A stretch of DNA of 64,000 nucleotides from an uncultured Acidobacteriota bacterium (GTDB lineage Bacteria; Acidobacteriota; Vicinamibacteria; Vicinamibacterales; CAVVIG01). This document shows positions 50,859 through 59,095 of this stretch, piece by piece. Each line of letters begins with the position of its first letter. Within the stretch, counting starts at the first letter, position 1. Location: the NCBI GenBank assembly GCA_963754955.1, contig CAVWHY010000004.1, positions 11,516 through 75,515 on the forward strand, given 5' to 3'. A model generated the notes under the pieces. The model searched no databases. It was not told where the DNA came from and was given only the letters and a program-made list of their open reading frames with translations. The position numbers and the translations under genes are program-made.

Positions 50859-51731
50859 CGATCCAGCGTCTCGAAGCGCCCGTTCCGTTCGACCGGTTGC
50901 TGGCTGGCCGCCTGGATATTGCGGCGGATTTCCTCGAGCGGCGAACGGCGGCGGCCCTGTCCGGTATCTTCATCCGCCGATACGGCATCCACGTCGTCGG
51001 CGCCGACGGTCAGCGCCACCTGCGCAAGCTTGGGCCCGTAGAGCGCCCAGTCCACCTGGATTGACGGGATGTTCTGGACCGTCAGACGCGCGAGCGCCAC
51101 GCGCTTCACGTCGTCGTACCCGGTTGTCGGGCACAGCCGGATTGACGCGGCGCGGCAGGGGCGCAAATGCCCGTATGACAGCGACGATCCGCTGCAGCTC
51201 GGCCACCTGCCTGAACAGCGTCAGGGAATCGGCCGTGGAGAGTTGGTGGATGGTCAGGCGGCCCAGCGCGAGCCCACCGATGTTGACCTCCTCGATCGAT
51301 CGCCGGGGATCCTGAAGGCGGTCGAACGGGGCCTCGGCCACGAGATCGAGGCCGGCGGCGTGGAGGTCTTCCAGCAGGAGGCGCAGCGTAATCTGTTCAC
51401 GCGACGCGAGCTGTTCGAGATCGTCGAGGGAAAACGCGGACACCGGCACGCCCTTCGCTGCCGCGACGACCTCGCGGACGCGGGCGAGCGCCGCGGCGCG
51501 CGACTCGGGCACGCCGACGATCCGGACCTCGCCGGCGACCGCCGGCCACGACAGCGGCGCACCGACCTCGGCGGACACCTCGGCGACCCGCACGAAGGTC
51601 GTCCGGACGCCGTGGCGCTCGCGGCGCACGGCATCGGCCGCCATGCCGAGGGTGATGATGTCGTGCGAGGCGGCGAGGGTCGACAGATCGGTGTCGGAAA
51701 CGGGCATGTGTGGGTGGACGCGGCGCTTCAC
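50855..51731 (-). pseudogene. MqnE/CofH-like protein lacking the radical-SAM CxxxCxxC motif; one frame break (~51150-51165)
   Basis: ORF 50970..51731 (..DIITLGMAADAVRRERHGVRTTFVRVAEVSA..AGEVRIVGVPES..) plus ORF 50855..51166 (..TTGYDDVKRVALARLTVQNIPSIQVDWALYGPKLAQVALTVGADDVD). No Cys occurs in the first ~270 residues. Alternative start ATG 51707. Confidence 0.65.
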
Positions 51732-51742
51732 CGCGAACCACG

Positions 51743-51748
51743 ATTTTA
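51743..51748 (-). promoter_or_regulatory. candidate -10 box TAAAAT (minus strand), 11 nt upstream of GTG 51731
   Basis: Minus strand reads gccaTAAAATcgtggttcgcgGTG. Confidence 0.3.
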
Positions 51749-51792
51749 TGGCACCGCCTGCCCCGGCAACAACCCCGGGAGCGAAGCGCGCG

Positions 51793-52380
51793 CTACTCGA
51801 GCGTGACCGGCAGCCTGGCGTGCGCGAGCGGGTGGTTGAGCACGAGCGCGTACGTGCCGGTCTCCCACTCTCCGGAAGGCATCTCGAAGAACACCTCGCC
51901 GATCGTCACGCGATCGTTGTCCAGCAGCGCCGTATCGACGGCCAGGCCTTCTCCCGGCAGGGCGAGAAACTGCAGGCGCTCGAGCCGCGCGGAGGGACTG
52001 AGATACGTGTTGAGCTGGCGTCTCCAGATCGCGGCGTTCTGCCTCACGTAGGCGACCTGGGAACTGTCTTCGAGAAATCGGCGTTGAGCCGCGAGCATCA
52101 TCCGGCTTCCCGAGGGCGTCTGGAGCGTCAGATTGTCCCGCTCGAGGATCATGCGCCGGCTGGTCGTCCAGAGGGCGAGGTCGATTAACACCCAGCGCAG
52201 GGCATGATTCCGCTGGGAGTAGTCGTAGGAGGCGACAACCTGAATGACATCGTCCCGGTACTCGATCGTCGCCCGGCCTCTCGGCTTCGTGTGCGGGAAG
52301 GATCGCGGTTCCTGCGCGACCGCGCGAATCCCGACCCAGAGAACCACGACGGCCAGCACCAGAAACATGACCCGGCGCAT
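51793..52380 (-). CDS. hypothetical secreted protein
   Basis: ORF 51793..52401. Signal peptide MRRVMFLVLAVVVLWVGIRAVAQ from ATG 52380. No family recognised. Confidence 0.6.
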   Translation of the reverse strand: MRRVMFLVLAVVVLWVGIRAVAQEPRSFPHTKPRGRATIEYRDDVIQVVASYDYSQRNHALRWVLIDLALWTTSRRMILERDNLTLQTPSGSRMMLAAQRRFLEDSSQVAYVRQNAAIWRRQLNTYLSPSARLERLQFLALPGEGLAVDTALLDNDRVTIGEVFFEMPSGEWETGTYALVLNHPLAHARLPVTLE

Positions 52381-52408
52381 AGCGCACTCCTGTTCGAGCA
52401 CTCCGGCC

Positions 52409-53257
52409 TTACTTGTCGGCCCCCAGAATCAGGGGCAGCCCGTTCTTCGAGTTGCCGATGACCACCACTTTCGCATTGCTGCTGGTGGCCAGCTTCTCGG
52501 TCGCCTCGATGCCCTTCCACTCGAGCAGCTGGGGGCTGATGCCCTGCGCGACAATACGCTGGAAATCGGCGACGCCCTGGGCTTCTATGCGCTTGCGCTC
52601 GGCTTCCTGCTGCTCCTTCTGCAGCACGAACTTCATCTGCTCGGCTTCCTGCTCGCGCCGCAGCTTTTCCTGAATCGCATTGGCGACGACCGGCGGCAGG
52701 CCAATCTTCCGAAGCAGCACCTGCTGGACGATGATGCCGCGCTCGCCTGCGATGCGTTTGAAGAGGCCGAAGATTTCGCCGGCGATCTTCTCGCGCTCGG
52801 CCGAGTAGAGCGCTTTCGCTTCGTACGACGCGGTGATTTCGCGAATGGCGGACCGGAACTGCGGCTCGACGATCGTCCCGATGTAGTCCGCGCCGACCGT
52901 CCGGTAGATCTCCACGGCCTTGGCGGGATCCAGCTGGAACAGCAGCGACGTCTCGAGCGAGAGAATCAGGCCCTCCTGCGATGGGACCTCCGCGACTTCC
53001 TTGATTTCCTGCGTCTGGATTGACATCCGCACGACACTGGTCATCGGCAGCACGATACCGATGCCCGGCGAAAGCGTGGACGACGACACGCTGCCGAAGA
53101 AATCCTTCACGCCGACGTTGCCGGCCGGCACGGTTCGAAACGGCCCGGCGATCAGGAACACGACGATCAGGATCGCGACTCCCACGACGAGCCCGACGCG
53201 CGACGGACGAGGCAACTGCACCGTCGGCATCCTGGAGAAGTCAGAGTCCACACTCAC
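52409..53257 (-). CDS. SPFH/Band-7 (prohibitin-like) membrane protein
   Basis: C-terminal part of ORF 52409..54403. TM (VGLVVGVAILIVVFLIAG) then the SPFH core ..TVPAGNVGVKDFFG..EVPSQEGLILSLETSLLFQLDP..IVEPQFRSAIREITA.. and a coiled-coil tail. GTG 53257 overlaps the UbiD stop (GTGA). Confidence 0.8.
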   Translation of the reverse strand: MSVDSDFSRMPTVQLPRPSRVGLVVGVAILIVVFLIAGPFRTVPAGNVGVKDFFGSVSSSTLSPGIGIVLPMTSVVRMSIQTQEIKEVAEVPSQEGLILSLETSLLFQLDPAKAVEIYRTVGADYIGTIVEPQFRSAIREITASYEAKALYSAEREKIAGEIFGLFKRIAGERGIIVQQVLLRKIGLPPVVANAIQEKLRREQEAEQMKFVLQKEQQEAERKRIEAQGVADFQRIVAQGISPQLLEWKGIEATEKLATSSNAKVVVIGNSKNGLPLILGADK

Positions 53258-54702
53258 CTTCCTTTCACCCGCGACCAGATTTCGGCGGCCTTCCGCCCCG
53301 CCGCCTCGGACGTCGCGATGCGCGCCGGCCAGGTCCGCGTGTAGCCCTCCGACGCCCACTTCCGCGTCGCATCGATGCCCATCTTGCCGCCATACGCCGG
53401 CAGCTCGGCGGCATCGTCCAGATCGTCCACGGGGCCCTTCGTCATCTGCACGTCGCGCAGCGGATCGACGTGCGTGCCGACGATCCAGGCGACTTCGCTG
53501 ACGTCGTGAACGTTGACGTCCTTGTCCACGATCGACGATCGCCTTCGAGAACATCAGCTGGCCGAGGCCCCAGCACGCGTGCATGATCTTGCGGGCGTGC
53601 CCCGGGTAGCGCTTGTCGATCGAGATGATGACGAGGTTGTGGAAGATGCCCTCGGCCGGGAAGTGCATGTCCACGATCTCCGGCACGGTCTTGCGAATCA
53701 GCGGGAGGAAGATGCGCTCGCTCGCGAGCCCGAGATAGTAGTCCTCCATCGGGGGAATGCCGACGATCGTCGTCAGGTAGGTCGGCTTCTTTCGCTGCGT
53801 CACGCAGGTCAGGTGGAACACCGGGTAGTCGTCGGGCTGCGAATAGAAGCCCGTGTGGTCGCCGAACGGGCCCTCGCGGCGGCGCTCGCCGGGCTCGACG
53901 TACCCCTCGAGCACGATGTGCGCGCTCGCGGGCACCTCGAGATCGACGGTCACGCACTTGACCATCTCGATGCGCCGCCGGGCGAGGAATCCGCCGAGCA
54001 GCAGCTCGTCGAGGCCTTCGGGCATCGGAGCCGTCGCGCAATACGTGAGCACGGGTTCCGGGCTGAGCGCGACGGCCACCTCGAGCCGCCGGCCCAGGCG
54101 CTCCGCGATCCGGTGATGCTGCGCGCCGCCTTTGTGGCGCTGCCAGTGCATGCCGGTGGTGCGCCCGTCGAACACCTGCATCCGGTACGTGCCGATGTTG
54201 CGCATCCCGGTTTCGGGATCCTTCGTGAAGACGAGCGGCAGCGTGATGAACCGTCCGCCGTCCTGCGGCCAGCACGTGAGGATCGGCAGGTCGTCGAGGG
54301 TGCCGTCCTTGCGGACGATTTCCTGGCACGGCGCGTCCGATACGGTCTTCGGCATCAGATCGCTCAGCCGGTTGACGAGCGGCATGAGCTTCAGCGCGTC
54401 CATGATGCCCTTCGGGCATCGGCGGCGTCATGAGCTGCGTCGATCTCGCGGCCGAGATCGTCGAGCGTCTCGACGCCGAGCGCCAGGCACATGCGCTCGA
54501 GGGAGCCGAACACATTCGACGCCACCGGCATGCTGAAGCCCGCGGGCTTCTCGAACAGCAGCGCCGGCCCGCCGCCGCCGGACTTGCACGCGCGATCGGT
54601 GACCGCCGCGATCTCGAGATCGGGGCTCACCGGCTCGGCGATGCGCGCCAGCAGCTTCCGGCGATCGAGGTCAGTGATGAAGTCGTTGAGATCTGAGTAC
54701 AT
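53254..54702 (-). pseudogene. UbiD-family decarboxylase (MqnL-like); 3 frame breaks (~54435, ~54405, ~53535)
   Basis: MYSDLNDFITDLDRRKLLARIAEPVSPDLEIAAV (ORF 54391..54714), then QLMTPPMP, then IMDALKLMPLV..CWPQDGGRFITLPLVFTKDPETGMRNIGTYRMQV..GPFGDHTGFY (ORF 52409..54403), then VDKDVNVHDVSEVAW.. (ORF 53254..53529). Confidence 0.85.
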
Positions 54703-54710
54703 TCGAGTCG

Positions 54711-54773
54711 CCACGAGTCCGAAACCACGAAGACATCGAATCTCGGACTTCGTGTCTTCGTGCTCGTGGTTGC
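54711..54773. repeat. hairpin M, CACGAAG/CTTCGTG family
   Basis: ccacgagtccgaaaccacgaagacatcg // cggacttcgtgtcttcgtgctcgtggttgc, between the gfo stop (54785) and the ubiD start. Confidence 0.7.
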
Positions 54774-54784
54774 ACTGCGCTATC

Positions 54785-55697
54785 TTATCGGTGATCTGCC
54801 TGCGCCACGGCGAGCGCGCGGCGGCCCTGCTCGCCCGTGACGAGCGGCGCGCGCCCCGACACGACGGCGTCGACGAAGTCGGACAGCTCGCGGACGAGCG
54901 GCTCTTCGTTCGTGACCGGCACGTCGCCGCCTTGAATCGACGGGAACCCGCCGCCGGTCACCAGCTTGTACATCTCCACCTTCTGCGCGGCGTAATCGAT
55001 CGACAGATACGCGGACGGCTGGAAGAACCGGATCTTCCGCACCCGGTCGCGGCTGATGCGGCTGGCCGTCAGGTTCGCGAGGCAGCCGTTCTTGAACCGG
55101 ACGCGCACGTTGGCGATGTCCACGCGGCCCGTCAGGACGGGCACGCCGACGGCGTCAATCGACTCGACGTCCGAATCGACCAGCGACAGCACGACGTCGA
55201 GATCGTGAATCATCAGGTCGAACACGACGTCGATGTCCAGGCTCCGCTCGGGGAACACGCCCAGCCGGTGCACTTCGATGAACCGCGGGTTGGCCACCAG
55301 CGGGCGCGCCACGGCGACCGCGGGATTGAACCGCTCGGTGTGGCCGACCGCGAGGCGCGGCGCCGGTCTTCGCCGCCGCCGCGATCATGTCGTCGGCTTC
55401 GGCGAGGCTCCTCGCCATCGGCTTCTCGACCAGCACCGACACGCCCGCGGACAGAAACGGCAGCGCGATGTCGCGGTGAATCTCCGTGGGCACGGCGATC
55501 GTGACGGCGTCCACCTTCCCCGCCAGCTCGCGCGCGTCGGTCAGCGGCGCGGTGTGGTTCGCCGACGCAATTTCCCCGGCGCGCGCCTTGTTCGTGTCCA
55601 CGACGGCGACGAGCTCCACGCCGGGCATGGACGAGAGAATGCGGGCGTGATGCTTGCCCAGGTGCCCGACACCGACGACGGCAATTCGAAGCGACAT
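54785..55697 (-). pseudogene. Gfo/Idh/MocA-family oxidoreductase (lpx-cluster associated); one frame break (~55355-55365)
   Basis: MSLRIAVVGVGHLGKHHARIL.. (ORF 55155..55697) joins ..LAVGHTERFNPAVAVARPLVANPRFIEVHR.. (ORF 54785..55312 frame). Confidence 0.8.
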
Positions 55698-55703
55698 TGT
55701 TGA

Positions 55704-56565
55704 TTAGAAGCGACGACTCATCACGAAGCCACGATGATCACGCAAGCAGAGGGGCCGTCCCACGATCGCGATCTTCGCTTCGTTGGCCGACGCCAGCACG
55801 GCCTCGCGGTCGAGGACGAGGGTCTTCCCGGCGTCGATCGAGAGCACGGCGGCCCCGGCCACGCGCATGGCCTGCATCGTCGCGAAGCCGATGACCGGCA
55901 CGTCGAACCGCATGTCCTGCTTCGGCTTCGCGACCTTGATGATGGCAGACGCCCGGTCCGGCAAGATGCCCCGCGCGGGCAATCACTTCGTCGGTGCCCT
56001 CCATCGCCTCGACGGCCACGACGGCCTGGTGCTTCACCGCGACGGTCTGGCCGACGTCGAGCCCTGCAATCTGGTCCGCGATCCGGTAGCCGAACGCCAG
56101 GTCCTTCTGCTCTTCCTCGGTCGGCGCCCGGGTCGTCAGCACGCCGGGAGCCGCGAGCAGCGGCGTGAGGAGCGCGGTGGAGTCCATCAGCTCGATGCCG
56201 TTTTCGCGCAGGACGCCCGCGACGGCGCCGATGACGCCGTCCGTGTTCCGCGACATCAGCTTGCCAAGCACCTTCGCCATCGTCCAGTCCGGCGTGATGC
56301 CCATGGAAAAGATCTTCGTGTGCTTGACCTGGCCGGCCATGACCGCGTGCGAGACGCCCGCATTCTTCAGCAGGCTGATGCAGGTGCCGAGCTGGCCCAG
56401 CGAGACCCAGTGAATCTCGCTGCCGGTCCGCTTCGCCGCGTCGGTCAGTTCGGGGAACGTCTCTTCCTTCGCCGCGACGACGGTCACGTCGTGGCCGGCC
56501 GCGCGCGCGGCCTCGAGGACGAGGAACGGGAACCGCCCGTTACCGGCGATGAGTCCGAGGCGCAT
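55704..56565 (-). pseudogene. lpxI: UDP-2,3-diacylglucosamine diphosphatase LpxI (DUF1009); one frame break (~55970-55990)
   Basis: [27 protein letters not shown].. to ..[16 protein letters not shown] (ORF 55738..56565), then ..[23 protein letters not shown].. (ORF 55704..55982). The last ~15 codons are CACGAAG-type repeat sequence. Confidence 0.8.
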
Positions 56566-57819
56566 CTATTCATCGGCCAGCACTTCTTCCGCGCGCCGCG
56601 ATGCACGGCGCAGCACGACGCCGCGCTGCGACGTGCGGATGAAGTCGACCAGGTATTCGACTTCGTCGCACGACAGCGATCGGTCCCGCTTGATCTGCTG
56701 CAGCGCCTTCGTCGTGTTCAGCTTGGACTGGAGCAGGTACCGGAACGATCGCTTCAGCTTCTCGATGACGTCGGGCTTCAGCCCCCGCCGCTCGAGGCCG
56801 ATCGTGTTCACGCCGAAGATGCGCGCGGGACGGCTGCCGACCGTCCGGGCAAACGGCAGCGCGTCCTTGGTGACGACCGAGTAGCCGCCGATGAACCCGT
56901 GGCGGCCGACGCGGCAGAACTGGTGCACGGCCGAGCCGGCGCTGATGTTGGCGAAATCCTCGACGGTCACGTGGCCGCCGAGCGTCGCGTGCGGTCCGAA
57001 AATGGTGTCGTGTCCGACGTGGCAGTCGTGCGCGACGTGCACGTACGCCATGAAGACGTTGCGGTCGCCGATTTCGGTGACGCCGCCGCCGCCGCGCGTG
57101 CCGCGGTTGATCGTCACGAACTCGCGGAAGATGTTGCGCCGGCCGATCGAGAGCCGCGTCGGCTCGCCCTTGAACTTCAGGTCCTGCGGAATGAGCCCGA
57201 TCGAGGCGAACGGGAAGATCTCGGTTTCGTCGCCGATGTCGGTCCACCCGTCCACGACCGCCGACGCGCCAATCGCGCAGTTGGCGCCGATGCGCACGTG
57301 AGCGCCGATCACGGCGTGCGGCCCGATCGTCGTGCCCTGCCCGACGTGGGCGTCGGGATGCACGATCGCCGTCGCGTCGATTTGCGTGCGGTCTGGCACG
57401 AGCCCCAGCAGCAGCTCGGCCTCCGCCACCACCTGATCGCCCACGTACGCGGCCGCCTGCGCGCGGGCGAGCGGCGCGCGGCGCCGGCCGAGCGAAATCT
57501 CCAGCCTGAGCCGATCGCCCGGCACGATCGGGCGCCGGAACTTGGCGTCGTTGAAGCCGCGGACGTACACGCGGGCGTTCGGCGCGCCGTCTTCGCGGTG
57601 CAGCAGCAGGACGGCGGCCACCTGCGACCACGACTCGAGCATCAGCACCGCCGGCATCAGCGGCGTGCCCGGAAAGTGGCCCTGGAAGAACTCTTCGTTG
57701 ACGGTGACGTTCTTGACGGCGACGAGCCGGCGGCCGGCGTCGTGCTCGACGATCGCGTCAACCAGCGTGGACGGGTACCGGTAGCAGAGGCGGTCGACGA
57801 GGGCGTTGATGTTGATCAA
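56566..57819 (-). CDS. single ORF fusing 3-hydroxyacyl-ACP dehydratase FabZ (aa ~1-145) to UDP-GlcNAc acyltransferase LpxA (aa ~146-417)
   Basis: ORF, 417 aa. FabZ part YRYPSTLVDAIVE..VTVNEEFFQGHFPGTPLMPAVLMLES. LpxA part IDATAIVHPDAHVG..hexapeptide repeats..IGLIPQDLKFKGEPTRLSIG..INRGT... No stop or Met at the junction (..LLLGLVPDRTQID..). Confidence 0.8.
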   Translation of the reverse strand: MININALVDRLCYRYPSTLVDAIVEHDAGRRLVAVKNVTVNEEFFQGHFPGTPLMPAVLMLESWSQVAAVLLLHREDGAPNARVYVRGFNDAKFRRPIVPGDRLRLEISLGRRRAPLARAQAAAYVGDQVVAEAELLLGLVPDRTQIDATAIVHPDAHVGQGTTIGPHAVIGAHVRIGANCAIGASAVVDGWTDIGDETEIFPFASIGLIPQDLKFKGEPTRLSIGRRNIFREFVTINRGTRGGGGVTEIGDRNVFMAYVHVAHDCHVGHDTIFGPHATLGGHVTVEDFANISAGSAVHQFCRVGRHGFIGGYSVVTKDALPFARTVGSRPARIFGVNTIGLERRGLKPDVIEKLKRSFRYLLQSKLNTTKALQQIKRDRSLSCDEVEYLVDFIRTSQRGVVLRRASRRAEEVLADE

Positions 57820-57830
57820 GGCGCTGATAA

Positions 57831-57891
57831 CGTAGAACGCAAAACGTCAGACGTCAAACTGACGTTTCCGTCCGAGGTTCCGCGTTCTACG
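57831..57891. repeat. nested palindrome O, ACGTAGAA/TTCTACG family
   Basis: Outer perfect 10-bp stem cgtagaacgc (57831-40) / gcgttctacg (57882-91). Inner perfect 9-bp stem aaacgtcag (57842-50) / ctgacgttt (57859-67). Confidence 0.8.
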
Positions 57892-57909
57892 TCCGAGCGT
57901 CCGCCCACC

Positions 57910-58603
57910 CTACGGCTTGGGGGTGGCGGGCGCGGGAGCCGGCGCGGCGGGCCGCGGGGCAGCCGCCGCAGGCGCGGCGGATTTGGACGCCTGGGCGATC
58001 GCGTCGAGCTTCTTGACGGCCTCGAGCGTGAGATCGACGCCCGGGTTCGCGGCGACCACGCCCGCATCGGTGGCGCTCAGGAGCACATGCAGGTCGTGCT
58101 CCTTGATCAGCTGGTCGAGCACCGGGAACAGCTTCTGCTGGAACTCGCCCTGCAGCTGCTGCGACAGCTCGTTGATTTCGGCCTGCGCGTCCTGCTGGAA
58201 GCGCTGCCCCTCGACGTTCATGCGCTCGATGTCTTTTTCGAGCTGGGCACGCGCCGCGTCGCTCAGGATGGCGCCGCTCGTCTGCAGCTTCGCCTGTGCG
58301 TCGGCCAGCGCCTTGCTCTTGGCCTGCGCCTCGGCCTGCTTCTTCTGCATCAGCGCCTGGACCTTGGCGGTCGAGATCTTGCCCTCGCCCGACAGGTTGG
58401 CAATCTGCTGGAGGTTGACGACAGCGAGCTTGGCGCCGGCCGGGAACGGGGCCGACGGCGGCGGGGGCGGCGCCGGCTGTGCCGCCGCGGGCGGGCGCCG
58501 GGGCCGGAGCGGCCGGCCTGGCCTGGCCGGCGGGGGCCTGGGCGAATACAGGAGCGGCGCTCAGCACCACGGCGAGCGACGCGGCTATGGCAGAACCTTT
58601 CAT
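57910..58603 (-). pseudogene. OmpH/Skp periplasmic chaperone; one frame break inside the Pro/Ala-rich region (~58445-58530)
   Basis: Signal peptide MKGSAIAASLAVVLSAAPVFAQA (ORF 57887..58603), then PFPAGAKLAVVNLQQIANLSGEGKISTAKVQALMQKKQAEAQ.. (ORF 57910..58350 frame). Coiled-coil Skp pattern, adjacent to bamA. Confidence 0.75.
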
Positions 58604-58649
58604 TGCGTTTCAGTCCTTTCGTGAACGGAAGCTGCGATTTTACCCCAGA

Positions 58650-59083
58650 TCACGGGTGTACGACCTGAAGCTGATAGAGAACCGGATCGTCGATGAAACC
58701 GACGTCGTAAAGCCGCACGCACACGACTGCCGGCCGACGACGCCGTCAGCGTGATGCTGCTGCCCGTCGTGGCCACGTCGGTCGAGGACGACGCCGTGCA
58801 GGAGGTGCCGTTCCACACGCCCAGCTGCAGGCCGACGATCTGGGACGGTGTTCGGCGCCAGCCCGATGATCGCGGCCGTAATCGACCCCAGGCTGGCGAT
58901 CGAGAACGCGTGCGTGAAGGCCCCGTTCTTCGACAGCGTGCCCGAGAAGCTGTCCGTGACCGGCACGCCCGTGATCGGGTTCGTCGGGAGGACCGGGTTG
59001 TTGCTGCAGGCGCCCGTCGCGAGGGCGACGACAGACAGGAGAGCGACGCCGGACGCAGGGACACGGGCGGAGAATCGATGCAT
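58650..59083 (-). pseudogene. hypothetical lipoprotein between bamA and skp, spread over three frames
   Basis: MHRFSARVPASGVALLSVVALATGACSNN.. (ORF 58640..59083), then ..SQIVGLQLGVWNGTSCTASSSTDVATTGSSITLTASSAG (ORF 58600..59130 frame), then VCVRLYDVGFIDDPVLYQLQVVHP stop at 58650-58652 (third frame). The reconstruction is tentative. Confidence 0.45.
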
Positions 59084-59095
59084 GCAGTTCCTCGG

